From: Gracilinanus agilis
Taxonomy: Eukaryota
Assembly (NCBI RefSeq): GCF_016433145.1
Contig: NC_058131.1
Location: forward strand, 593,338,549-593,402,548
Direction: 5' to 3'
Length of the DNA stretch: 64,000 bases
Of the stretch, positions 23,645 to 36,589 are shown in pieces. The translations under genes and the position numbers were made by a program. Every line of letters begins with the position of its first letter. The stretch's first letter is position 1. The notes below the pieces were generated by a model, which was not told the origin of the DNA, ran no database searches, and saw nothing but the letters and a program-made list of their open reading frames with translations.

Positions 23645-25460
23645 GGAACTTATCAATCAACATTTATTAAGTGCCTACTATATACTAGGCACTTTGCTAA
23701 ACATTGGAGATATAAAAAGAGGCAAAATATAGTTCCTGCCCTAAATGAATTTATAAGCTAACAGAGGATAGAACATGCAAAGAAATACAGAGAAAACAAG
23801 ATGTATACAGGTTAAATAAGAAAAGAGGGAAGGCACGGAATTAAGAAGGGTTGAGGAAAACTTCTAATAGGTACAATTTTAGTTTGGATTTAAAGGATGC
23901 CAAAGAACACAATAGGCAGTCTGGAAAAGAGAGAATACTCTAGGGATGGAGAATAGTCAGAGAAAATGCCCAGAATTGAAAGATGAAGTTTTTTTATTTC
24001 TGGAATAGCCAGGAGGTCAGTGTCACTGGATCTAAAAGTACATTTTGGGAAGTAAGGTATAAGAAGACTGGAAAGGCAAGTGGGGACTAGGTTATGAAGG
24101 ACTTTGAATACCAAAGGATTTTGTATTTGAACCTGGAGGCAATTTGAAGCCACTGGACTTCATTGTGTGTGGGTGTATGTGTGAGTGCATGTGTGAGTGT
24201 GTTTGAAAGACAGGCAGACAAGAGAGACAGATACAGACAGACAGACAAAGACAGTGACAGACAAAATTGGACACATGCTTTAGAGAAACCAGTTTTAATG
24301 ACTGAATGGAGGATGAATTGAAGTAGGAATAGACGTGAGAAAGGTAGATCTACTAGCAGGCAATTATACTAGTCTAGGCAATAGATTGGATATGGGGAAA
24401 GGGATAAGGTAAAAGATAAGAATCCAAGATGGATTCTAGGTTGCAAGCCTGAAGGACTGGTTGCCCTCTACTGTAATAGAGAAAATAGTAAAAGGGTAGA
24501 TTTTGGAAGAAAGATACAAATTCTATTTTAGATATGTAGGTATCCCTTCCATATCTTGTGAGTTAGGAGTATGGTTCCCCCAAGATCTGGAAAATCCATG
24601 TAAAAAAAATTTTGACCCTCCTTTTGTACCAGAGAAGTTGGAATTTTTTCTTTTTCTTTTATGAAGTGCTAACAGTACTTATATGTATTTATGACTTTAC
24701 TAAATTTTTAAGGTATCTTACATTTCTAGCCTTTGTGTGTCATCTGCTGGCTTTTATGTTCTTTTTGCAAATCTTAACTTTTTATTTATTTTAACTTTTA
24801 AAAAGAAACTATATTCATGGTATTAAAGGATAAAATATGTTGATATTGTATAATACTTTACATATATTTTGTGCATGTCTGAATTCCTAAATATTTTCTG
24901 TGTCACCCATTGGCTTTTATGTGTATCTATGGCTTCCACAAAACTCCAAAAAAATTCCCATTTAATTTCTTATGCTGAGCCATAATATATCCAAACCATG
25001 ATGGAGAAAGTTACAATATGGAAGGGATATCAGTATTGAGTTTAAGGTGCCTACTGGAAATCCAGTTCACAGTGTCTAAAAGGCAGTTGGAGGTACAAGA
25101 TTAGAGTTCAGTAAAGTAAATGGGACAGAAAGGTAAATTTGAGAATTGTCAGCATAGAAATAGTAATTAAGCCCATAGGAGCTGATGAAATCACCAAGCA
25201 AAGTATTAGAGAGGGAGAAGAGGGCCCAGGATAGAAACCCAAGGGACACCCACAGTTAAAGGGTATGACCTGGAGGAAAATAAAACAAAGGAGAAGGAGA
25301 AGTAATGAGATATGTAGGAAGAAAACCAAGAGAGAATGGCATTTGAAATCTAAGAGAGAAGAGATTATCAAGGAGGAAAAAATAGTCAACAGTATCAAAA
25401 GTTGCACAGAGGTAATGGAGAATGAGGACTGAGAAAAAGCCATTTGATTTTGCAACTAAG
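23645..25460 (-). mobile_element. L2, interrupted by a Tigger MITE at 24537-25032
   Basis: caatcaacatttattaagtgcctactat; resumes at 25035 with gagtttaaggtgcctactgga...gagaattgtcagcatag. Confidence 0.85.
24537..25032 (-). mobile_element. TcMar-Tigger MITE (MarsTigger-like)
   Basis: TIRs taggtatcccttccatatc / atatggaagggatatcag followed by TA; same family as 43581-44058, opposite orientation. Confidence 0.8.
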
Positions 25461-27644
25461 AGATAATCATATACAGTCTCTATATATCGTCATCTATAAT
25501 AAAAGGAAACTCTTTAATTAATCCTGATTCTCCTTACCTTCTAAGCTAAAGACATTATTATATCAGTAAAATGGGTCATGGTTGTCTCCATTATTTCTAT
25601 GATCTAATGTTTATTAACTCCTAAATAATCAGCCCCAAATCACAGTTATCTTCTCTGTCAACCAAATGTTGTTTCCCAAAAGCCAATAATTTGGGAGACT
25701 TTTATTAAAAGTTCCAAATCTCATAGGAAATAATTTTCAAGTCCTATCATTTTCACTAATGTTACCATTTAGAACAGAGAAGCACTTCTACCATGCCCCA
25801 ATTAATAACAAGGAAAAAGAGAGAGGGCAATTGAGAGAGATTTAGTGTAAGCAGTAAGAAGAGGATGAGAGTAGAAAGAATATTAAGAGAAAAAAGAAAG
25901 AGAAGAGGTGAAAAATAAACCAAAGAAGCAAACACTGTAAAAGGGGGAAAAAAGAGGAGGAATAATGATATTTTTACCACAGTTGACTTCAGTGTCCTCC
26001 ATAACAAGTGTGCCACAGAATGCTCTTGATCAAATTGGGGCTCAGGGTAAAGACTGAACAGAGCTTATATACCCACTGGGAGAATCCTGATGAATCCACT
26101 ACCCATATATATAACAATTCTCTAGGTCCTTGAGGTTAATCAATTTTTATTTTTGTCTGTATGCCCAGCATCATGTACATAGTAGGTGCTTAATAAATAC
26201 TCATGGAATTGTATTGGAACAGAGAAACCAGTAATTTATCATGAAACTGACAAAATGATCACCTACAAATTAATGCTTATACAGAGAATATAAAAAATTT
26301 AAAATGCCCCAGTGCTTTAGCCAGGAATAATATTTTAGCAGTAGCATTCCTACATGGTTTTGTGGTCTGAATGTTATAGTATGGTTTCACGGGATTTATC
26401 AAACTGAATAGAAGGAGCAATTGTTTCCTGACCCTAAATAAAAGAGGTGAGCAGTAAGCTAACACATGAAAGAGAAAGGAAATTTTGCCAATGGTGCCCA
26501 ATGCCAGAAAGTAGATTATGTAATAAAATTAATAGGGTCTATTTCATGATCACCATTTTAATCAGAAAATGGAATTACTGAATACAGAGGGGCTTCAAAG
26601 CACACTCAGATGAAAATAGCAGCTAGACTGTAAAAAAGGAGTAAACCAATCTGGCTTGCTCCCATCACTTGAACTTCAAGTCACCAGCTATGTATTATTG
26701 CGTCAAGGAAAAGATCCAGAAACTTAACTGTGACATACTTGCCAAGAGAAGAGAAAAATGTTAATAATCCAAGATAAAATATTATAGAGCGTAGACTAAT
26801 GAAAGTGCTCCTGGACTTTTCTTCTGGCATGTCACCAAATTTATTCAATAGTCAGATGCAATCTTCATTTAATCAAGAGCTATCTTGTCTAACTTTCCAA
26901 CTGACAGTACTTCTGTAGATGAAAATAACCTAATACATCACATTGATAGAAATTTTTCTATTTCTTCCACGCATTCCTTCACTGCCAACAAAATGCCAGG
27001 AGTTTTGCTTTCTTTGCATGTTTTGGATGGTTTATAAAACTGCAGCAGTCCCAAATTTCATTAGGGCTGTGTAATAACACATCCTGTCCACTGAATAATG
27101 ATTGCCAGATGTGCAGTCTATATGTACCATCTGCAAACACCAAGCCACCTGCTCAAGGGTGTCATTTGCATGGGTCTATTGGAAGGAGAACACTCTTAAT
27201 CCTAAATTTGCCCCCACCCATTGCATTCATCCTGGAACAATTTTATTGGATAATGGAAAGGTGGGAGGGAGGAGAGTTTTAACGAGTTCTTTTCTATTAT
27301 TTTCCCCCTCTTCCCTAGATTTACACATACACACACACACACACACTTCATTTCTTCCAAGCCAACAGTTCCTTCTCTCCTCAAACACCATTCTGCTCCT
27401 TTCATTGGAACACAGACTTTTTCACCTTTTGCAGATAATACCATATAATATCTGGACAGATGGAAGAGAGAGGGCATACGGAAGGATTTTCAGTTTCTTG
27501 TTTCAAAAGGCAAGGGTCGGTTGGGAACTTACAGACTCAGGCTGATAATACCATGTATACTCTGATTTTACCAAAATGCTCAGAAATAAGCTTCAAAACC
27601 TTTTGACTAGGCTTTCCTCCCTTTGCTTTCCTTCTCTTCCTTTA

Positions 27645-27910
27645 TTGTTGTTTAGCCATTTTTTCTGCTGTGTCCAATTCTTTATAACTCTACTTGGGGT
27701 TTAATAAAAAGAAAAAATGGCAAAGATACTAGAGTTGTTTGCCATTTCCTTCTCCAGCCCATTTTACAGAAGATGAACTGAAGCAAACAGAGTTAAGAGA
27801 CTTGTCCAGGGTCACACAGACCAGAAGTGTCTAAAGCCAGATTTGAACTCCAGACAATGTCTTTCTGATTCAAAACCTGGCACTCTGGCCACTGCCACCA
27901 CCTAGCTGTC
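27645..27910 (-). mobile_element. MAR1 SINE
   Basis: caaagatactagagttgtttgccatttccttctccagcccattttacaga...ccacctagctgtcc. Confidence 0.85.
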
Positions 27911-28169
27911 CTCCTTCTTGTTACCAATTCTCAAACAAGAATAATTCCAACCATTCCATTCCCATTTCTAGTTCTTCTCCCATCTCTATTCTGTTCCTAT
28001 AATGTTCTCTTTGCCAAAATCAGCCAAGTTTCCTCCCTTCTATCTCTTCTGGTCCTCCATGTTTAGAGAGATGATATACAATCATCATTATCCTTCCACA
28101 CCATCATACCTGTATTTACCAGTTTGATTACAAAGGATATTAAATATTTCCATTCACTTCAATTTAATT

Positions 28170-28390
28170 GTTCAGGGACTAAGAAGAATCTGTGATTGCA
28201 CCAATTTCTGGAATTTCCCATGTTGGAATTCCCTCCGCCAAGTTCAAAATCTGTCTATAACTTGGGAAAATTCCATGGAGTTGCCTAAATCACAGTGAGG
28301 TTAACTGATTTGCCCTGAGTCAAGCATCTAAGTGTTAGTGACACAATTTGAACCCAGCTGTTTTTGACTACCATCCACTATAGCATTCTA
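28170..28390 (-). mobile_element. Mar3-like CORE-SINE
   Basis: gagttgcctaaatcacagtgaggttaactgatttgccc...tttgaaccca; family seen on plus at 49840, 50430 and 53410. Confidence 0.6.
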
Positions 28391-29267
28391 TCTCTTATTT
28401 GGAGTTTATCTCATCATATATTCTATTACACTGCATGTATCAATGACTGCAGTCCCCAAGAAAAGGGATTTTTGTTTACTCAGTATCCCTACCCAGAAAT
28501 CAGCACTTAAAAGGATTTTAAGGATTGATTGACTAAATGATTGGACATATAAACAGTGCTTCTGAAGAAAGATTGCTTCTTGTTCTTCCCTTCCTCCAGA
28601 GAAGCAGAAAGATGATGAAATGTCTCGTTTATTCATAGTTCACCCTAACACACACATACCACCTCCCCAAGAAGCCAGGTGAAGTTAAAAAAAAAGAAAC
28701 TCTGAAAGCTGCTTTTAGAAATTCTCTGTGGTTAATTAGGGGTTAGAAGTTTTGCTGCACAAAGATGATACTGGCTCCCATGCATGCCACCCAGTAGTAG
28801 AAAGTCATAAATATTTTAACAGAGGAAGGAGAAACTTTACACTGTAGCTATCCCTCTAAGTGGGAAGAATTCAAGGTGTCCTAAGGTGAGAGGTTTTGCT
28901 GACCACTTTTTTAGGGGAAAAAAGCCAATGCTGGTCTATGTTCAGAACCATCTGTCTCTTGTTTTTCAGAGATAAAAAGCAAAAGTCAGTCTGCTATTTG
29001 ATTTCTAAACTTACTACTCTATCTCCTCCTTAAAATTTCATCAAAAAATTACTTTCCTACTTTCTTCCTTCTCTCTCTGTTTCCTGAAAACCTAAATCTT
29101 ACTGGAAAATAACTTCTACTTGGCAATTGTGACAAATCTGTCGCTAGAAAAGAGAATATGGTTTGTTTTATCTGGTCCTTGTACATATTTTTTTAGCTCA
29201 AGAGCTCCAAGTAATTTATGAATCTTCTGCTGTTGTGCCCACTTGAGATTTTAAGAATCTAAGGCAC

Positions 29268-29510
29268 TTAGGGCAGCTGGGTGCCATAGTGAATAGAGTG
29301 CCAGGCCCGGAATAAGGAAGACTCATCTTCCTGAGTTCAAATCTGGCCTCAGGCGTTTACTAGCTGTGTAACTGTAGGTAAGTCAATTAACCATGTTTGC
29401 CCATTTTTTTCATCTATAAAATGAGTTAGAGAAGGAAATGGCAAACCACTCCAATATCTTTGCCAAGAAACCCCCAAATGGGGTCACAAAGAGTTGGACA
29501 CAACTGAAGG
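29268..29510 (+). mobile_element. MAR1 SINE
   Basis: gggcagctgggtgccatagtgaatagagtgcc...gaaatggcaaaccactccaatatctttgccaagaaa...gagttggacacaactgaa. Confidence 0.9.
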
Positions 29511-30284
29511 TAGAGTGGAACTTTTATGCAAAATCTAACAGTTGTCCAGAACTGCCAGTTCCCAGGTGGCTATTGTATTGAATGTATGAGACAATCATAG
29601 CTTTGGAGCTTGAAAGGGCATGATAGGGTATATAGATCTGCTCCTTTTATATATAAGTTTAATGAAGCCAGAGCAGTCGAGTGGCTTACCCAAAGGTAAA
29701 TTACAGAAATGAGATGAAATAAAACATGTAAGTACCCTCATTTCCTATCCTCTCCCCCAGATTCCCTTAATTTTGCCAATAGCTCACCAATGGGGCAACA
29801 AAATATTTAATACAAGTCACAAAGCCTAAAATGGTTTAAGAAAAATCAACATGCAAAAAAATATGTTTATAAATCAAACAAATCCAGAATTTAATGTTTC
29901 CTTTATCAAGAGATCTTAGAAAAGGATTCTCATTGGCATCTTTCTTTAAATTGCTAGTTCCTACTCATCCATGTACAATCAACTAGTGAAGATCCTGTCC
30001 TACTGTAATAATAAAGACACAACTACAATTACTTTCTTTGTTCTGCCCTTTCTCATTCATACCTTTCCCATCTCTATAGGTTCCCCCAGTGAAAGGTTAA
30101 ACTTAGAAACTTCACTAGAATTTGATATTATCGCACCTGAACAAATGATGAATATTGAGGATTCAGAGCAACTTGGGAATGCTTGTGTGAATTGATACAA
30201 AGCTAAGAAAGTAGAACCAGAACAGTTTATGTGATGGAAACAGGAATGTGAAGGAAAATCTCAATGAAGAATTTCAGAAACCCA

Positions 30285-30510
30285 TCATCATAATAGCCAG
30301 CATTTATAGAGACCTTTAAGGTTTGCAAATGCTTCACAAATATTGTCGCATTTGATTCCTACGATAATATTGGGGGGTTGGTGCTATTGTTATCCTATTT
30401 TACTGATGAAGAATGAACTGAGGAACTTATGCCCAGGCTCATAAAGTTAAGAAGTATCTGAGACCAGATTTGAACTCAGGTTTCCTGAATCCATATGCAG
30501 CAAAGTGGAT
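30285..30510 (-). mobile_element. MIR CORE-SINE
   Basis: atagccagcatttatagagacctttaaggtttgcaa...gaccagatttgaactcagg. Confidence 0.85.
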
Positions 30511-30598
30511 ATAACTGCCACATTTATCAATCAATGAAGAGAGAAACACACCTCCAAGTAGAGGAAGTAGTGGACTACAAGTGTGAGATGAAGCTTAC

Positions 30599-30652
30599 CA
30601 ACTTCAGACATGGCCAATGTATAAATTTGTTTTGGTTGAACATGTTTATTTG
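30599..30652 (-). other. candidate 54-nt exon, gene unidentified
   Basis: ctcacaatcccctcccttatag|CAAATAAAC...GAAGTTG|gtaagc. Confidence 0.25.
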
Positions 30653-30954
30653 CTATAAGGGAGGGGATTGTGAGCCCAGAAGAAGTGGGAAATGACAGTG
30701 ATATTTTTAAATGGATAGATTTAAAAATAAAAGGAATAATATTATTTATCTTTCATCATTCAAGAGGAGGAACGACTGTGGCATCTTTCATCTTCTCAAT
30801 GCTGACTATATACAGTGCCTTGAGCAGTCCTTCCCATTGCCCTTACCCCTACAGCTAGAAGCAACATTCCTTAAAGAGGGAAGCTTGGTGATGCAGAATA
30901 AATTATTTAAAGTTCCTAAGAACACATTTATATGGGGAAAAAACGGATATAAGA

Positions 30955-31260
30955 AAAATCATAGAATCTCAGTTTGATGGGACCTCAAAAGCAATCATGT
31001 TCAATCTGTATCTGCACAGAAATTCCCTCTACAAAATCCCTGACCAGTCATTCCATACAGCCTTTCTTTGCAGATCTCTACCAAATTAAAATCCAATACC
31101 TGTCAACTTCTTTGGGAAGAATTTCCTGTAAAGCAGGTTTCAACATTTTCCTGCAACTTTTAGCCATCGCTATTTCTGCCTTCTGGGGCCAAGCGGATTT
31201 ACCCAAGGATGATCCCACTAGCATCAAGAACTTTTTTTTTTCAACTGTATCATGTAGTTT
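30955..31260 (-). mobile_element. L3/MIR3-type 3' fragment
   Basis: aatcatagaatctcagtttgatgggacctc...ccctctacaaaatccctgacc. Confidence 0.6.
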
Positions 31261-31542
31261 GGAGGACTCCTATGCTCTTCTGTTACAGCAAACTTGAGTG
31301 GTTTCCATTTGTGGGTTGTCTCTTCTGAGGAAATAGCAATAGTAGTTCCCCCAGCTCCATAGATGGACCATGGTAAATTGGTGCAATTGAATCTCTCCAC
31401 CACATCTGATTGGATGACTAACTGAATGAAAATGCAATTGTGAAGTACTCACTACTTGCCAAGTACTGTGCTGAGTATTGTGGACCCAAAAAAGAAAAAA
31501 GAGAGATATTCCTTGTTCAAAATGGGTTTGCATGAATTGGAA

Positions 31543-31543
<1 letters not shown>

Positions 31544-31592
<49 letters not shown>
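31544..31592. repeat. (CA)n microsatellite
   Basis: About 24 perfect units. Confidence 0.99.
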
Positions 31593-31594
<2 letters not shown>

Positions 31595-34584
31595 GTTCCA
31601 CTTCAAAGCAGATGGGAAGGCTTGGGAATCCTAGGGACATGGCAGCAGAGCAGCTGGCAAGACCCAAGGGTTCTTAACTTCTAGTCAGTACATCATTGCC
31701 AGGGTCAGAAGAGTTTAGAAGGAAGAGCAAGAGGCAATGCTCAGGGTCTTGACTTCTATCTGTAGTTCACATGATAGTGTTGGGGGTTCTAAAGGGTTTA
31801 GAGATAAGGAAAATGATAGGATTTGCCTGGAGGATTTTAGGAGGTTAATAGTGTAAAGAGTAAAATCTGATGGACCTCCATCTCACCAAAAATGTATCCT
31901 ATCTCATCCTAGTGCTATAAGCAGTCAAGCAACTTAGACAGGTTCTGGCAGACCCAGACCAAGGAAGGAGGAAGACACAATATGGCTTCACCTGCTGCTG
32001 TTTCCTCAGTAAGAAACAACCCCTGGATGGAAGCAGCAAGGGTCTTATAAGTCTGAAAAGCCTAAAGCAGTCAGCCTCAAACCTGCAGGACACACTTAGA
32101 AGGAATGACCCTCACATGAGTGAGGGCACAAGGATTGAATTCACTTATATTTTATATCAGAGGGTTTTGTGTAAATGCCAGCTGATCTGTGAAATGACTA
32201 TGTGGGGCAGCTCAAGATGCAATCATTGAAATGCAGTCCTAATCAGGCAAGTGACCTTCCTTGTGATATTTTAAAGCAGCTGCCCACACTGATGCTGTCT
32301 TCTGGAGCCAGCAGGCGCTCCTTTATATGCTGAAGTCAATTTTGCCAAATGTCAACTTGGGCAATTTGGTTTTTTTAATGTATCTATACTTTGTCATCTC
32401 TTAGAGAAATGCAAAAGTACAAGAAGAATAAAGTGCAGAATGTCTGGATTTGTCTGGTTAGTTATCTTTTGGGATCTTTGAGCATCACAGAACATATCTG
32501 AAATGTTTCTGTTTCAACAAAACCCAAATCAAGTTTGGCTGTGGGCATCTTTCCCTGTCATTTTTTAAGCCAGATGTGCATTCTGAGTAAAATTTAATCC
32601 GTGTGTTTCTGATTCCTTTACACTTAACTCATCCACATGGTGTTAGGAAAGAGCTACTTGTGATGTCCAAGAACCCTTCTTAGACTTTTATGAGGTTTTT
32701 TTTTTTTTAGATTTTTTTCTTAGAAATAGGAAGTGCCATTTGGCCAAGTGTAAACAAACTTATTGGATGAAGACAGTTAATTCAATTTGAGAAATTGAAC
32801 CCACCAACTTTGGAGTAGAATTTCAGCCTGGAAAAATCTTTTTCTTCCTGGCCAAGGAAAGAGAGGAAAGAACATATGGAGATGTTAGGAATGAGCAGAA
32901 AAGGAAGGGAAGGGGGCAGTACAGTAGCTAATAACCTGATAAGTGGTACAAAAGGCCCACAGAAGAGCTTTTGGCTCACTTCTGCCCATATTGGCTTTGT
33001 CATGTGCATGGAAATCAGTCAGTTGCCTCAGAAGACATGACTTGTTACTCAGAAAATAGATTTACTGAGTAAGAAGATGGTGTTTCATTCTTTGCTTCTG
33101 ATTATCTTTATCCTGGAACAAGGCCATCAAATCTATGCAGTAATCATTGACCCTCATATTTCTACACTTTTTAAAAATATATATAAGGAATATAAGTGTA
33201 TTTTTTTACCAATTACAAATAATAGCAAATTTCCATACAAGTTTTCCTGTTATATGATTGAACCACATTCCCACTTTTAGAACCCATGAAACCCACATTC
33301 AGGCTTAGCCTCACCTCTTCAGGACCAGCCAGAATTTTAAATTGAAGAGTTAGAATAGCCCAGAGATTCAAATCAGCATCATATGCTTTGTTTCTGCTCC
33401 TGCTCTGATCATGTGCCCTATTTTTTGAAACTGATTTCTCCTGTCTTTTATACTGTAAGCATGATCATTGAATTCGTATCCCAGCTCCAGGAAGCCTTTT
33501 TCTTGCTATTTGCCCCATTCTCTATATGCTCTAAGATGGGGGGGGGGGGGTCCTAGAATTGGTCACTCCAATCTTCTCTCTTGGTAACCTGCTCTAATCC
33601 CCATATCCTCTAGGACTGGAACCATGCCTTGAGCCACAAACCCAATGCCTGTGTCTCACTATCTTATGCCAGACCTTTCTGAGGCTCACCACCCCTCTGC
33701 CTGGATGTCTGCCTATGGCATGTCACATTGGGGCACATCCCTGCTGGAGACCACTGGGACCTCCCCGATGCGGACCACCCAGATCTCTATGTCCCCACTG
33801 CCATGCTCGACTGATATTCCAACATCCTGTCCAGATATCCCCCTCCCCATCCCCAAAATGTAGCCTCCTAGTCCCAGCTGCACCCTGGCACCCACAGAGC
33901 CACCTATACTGGCTGTATCACAACTCTTCTCTACACCTTTGACTTTGACCTTCTAGGAGCCTATGGAAAAAAGGTCAGTAAGTCTACAGACTAAACTTGT
34001 AAAAAAAAATTCTCTTATGTGAGAAAGGAATCTGAGACACTAACACAGAAAGAGTCGTAATTTCTGAAAGCTGACACATCTGGAGGTTGTGAAAGACGCC
34101 TGCATTCTTTCCTCTTCTTCAGCCAAATTTTTGATGGGCTTTTCTTTTGCACTACCATTATTTCTAGGAGAAGAGGCATCCTTGTTTCTTTCATTTCTCT
34201 GTATGCCATCCCCATGACAAACATCTGAGGCCATTATCTAGTAACTTCTTAGATGTACCTCTAACAAGAAAGGAATCAAAGAAGGCAATAGTGTGTTAAA
34301 GAAGGCATCTGCAGATGGTAAAACTCTGAGACAAATTTACATTCCACAGAGGTCAGTTCTGGGCTGCTTTTTGCAGCTGGACACAACGAAAATATTCTTT
34401 CTCTTTCCCCTCCCCTCCCCTCATGGATGGAGGTTTCATTGACTTGGGTCACAGCTGTCCTAGAGGCCCTCTGATGAGACCTGAGTGAGGGCAAGGAAGG
34501 GGCAGGAAAGGGGACTCAGATGCCGACTGCTCTGATGATCGCTTCCATAATTTCCCTTGGAAATCACTAAGTTTGTGTCCGCTG

Positions 34585-34835
34585 GCCTATAATAGCAATA
34601 ATAATGACTAACCTTTAAAGTTGGCAAATTGCTTTACGTGTGTCATCTCATTTGATCCTCCAGGTGATTGAGAAGTAGGTTGAGTTTTGTTTTGTTCTGT
34701 TTTTTACAGACAAAGAAACTGAGGCTGAGGGAGAAGTGACTTGCCTGGGATAACACAGCTAGGAAAGTTTCTGAGGCAGGATTCAAACTCAGGTCTTCTT
34801 AAATCCAATTCTAGTACTCTGCCTACTATGCCACC
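34585..34835 (-). mobile_element. MIR/MAR1 CORE-SINE
   Basis: tttacagacaaagaaactgaggctgagggagaagtgacttgcctggga...ggattcaaactcagg. Confidence 0.85.
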
Positions 34836-35554
34836 CAAAAGACTGTGACGCTCTAAGGGACCTTCCCAAATGTAATTGTCATTAGTTTTGTGTGTGTGTG
34901 TGTGTTTTTAGTGCAGTTTCTAAGTGGCTGGAGAATTTATTTAACAGTGGTCTCCACACGTCAGTGGGGCTCCGAGGCAGCCACCAAGGACAATGTAATC
35001 TCTACCCGAATCAGTCCATCTTGTTTAATGAGCTAGGGAGGCCTTATCGCCTTACTGTGATTCACGCCATGAGACTGAATACATTTCATTCAGTCAGGCT
35101 TGGGCTGTAGCCTGAATCATTGCTGTCATCGTCTCCTCTGGCAAGGTGTTTTATCTCTCTTTTCCTCCTGTGCTCCCCAAAGGGGAACTGTTCCCTAGAG
35201 GCTAATTTGGCAGACAGGTTCCGTGTGCCATTCTTCCCATTCACTGTCACCGCGGCTTACCTCTGAAGGGCTTTTGCAGGAGAAGGGAAGGATTGGCACC
35301 GAGCCATCCAGGCTCTCTCAGCAGGATGCCCAACTGACCAAACAACCAAAACTTGCCAATTGGCTATTCAGGATAGGGGGTGCAACCCGTGGCTGGGGAC
35401 CAACATGAAGGTCATAGAAGCATCAAACCTATAAATGGGCTTGGCCAGGTCAGAGGGTGACTAGAAAACTGAGTTGGAGACCATGAATCTGAACAGAGTT
35501 CTTGGGAACAGCTTACGTGATCTGGATCTTTTTTCCTTTTGGGTAAAACATCAG

Positions 35555-36560
35555 TTCTGTTTTCATGCAAATTAGAGCTGATCCCCAAAATATCAGGCTG
35601 GAAAACGAACCTTGGAGTTATCCTTGATTCATCTTTCTGTATCTACTCATCTCTGCCTCTCTGTCTCTGTCTGTTTCTGCCTTCTCTGTGTGTGTGTGTC
35701 TTCCTCTCTCCTTTTCCCCTATCCCTCTCTCTCTGTCTCCCACCTCTGTCTCTCTCTGTCTCTGTCTCTGTCTCTCTTACTCTCCCTCTTTTTGTCTCTC
35801 TCACCCTCTCTCTCTCCCTCCCTCTCTCTCTCCCTTTACCTTATCCCTCTGTNNNNNNNNNNNNNNNNNNNNNNNNNNNNNNNNNNNNNNNNNNNNNNNN
35901 NNNNNNNNNNNNNNNNNNNNNNNNNNNNNNNNNNNNNNNNNNNNNNNNNNNNNNNNNNNNNNNNNNNNNNNNNNNNNNNNNTATCCTACTTCTGGAGTAC
36001 ATGATTATACCATCTCAGTAACTGAACTCTCTGCTCCCATTCTCTCCTTTTTCTAATCTATCTCCCACACATATGCCAAATGACTATTTCTCAAACATAG
36101 CACTGTCCAAATCATTCCCCTAGTAAAATTTTTTAAGTGACTCCATTTTGCTTAACAGTTAAAAACCTTCCACAATTTGGACTCCTACCTAGTTCATCTA
36201 AACTCATATTACTCCCCTTCTCAAGAGTTTTGTTTCAGTCAAATCCACCTTCTATTGTAGCTGTCCTCTATATATTATATTTTATTTCTATATATTATAT
36301 TTTATTATTGTGACTTTTGCACAGATGGTTTCTCATATTACAAGACCTCCCATCTTAGGGAAAGATCTTGCAGGATCCCTAGATGACTTCTAAGCACAGA
36401 AGAAGTACCACCTCCCACATGATGCCCTCCAATTGTTTGTGCATTCTGCCATGGAAATTTATTTTTTTTAATTTCTTTTTATTCACTCATCTGTGTACGT
36501 ATTGTAACCTCTTCAGTAGTACATAAGCTCCTCAAGGGCAGGGCCTGTTTCATGTCTGTC
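35555..36560 (+). mobile_element. L2 fragments with (CT)-rich expansion and a gap (35853-35981)
   Basis: ccttggagttatccttgattc; catagcactgtccaaatcattcccc; taagctcctcaagggcagggcctgtttc. Confidence 0.7.
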
Positions 36561-36589
36561 CTTTAAAGCACAGCACTTTGTTATTGTCA

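Noticed and set aside
31270-31684. His/Thr and Cys/Val repeat ORFs (also at 37217, 56330 and 27102)
   Set aside because: Translations of (CA)n microsatellites.
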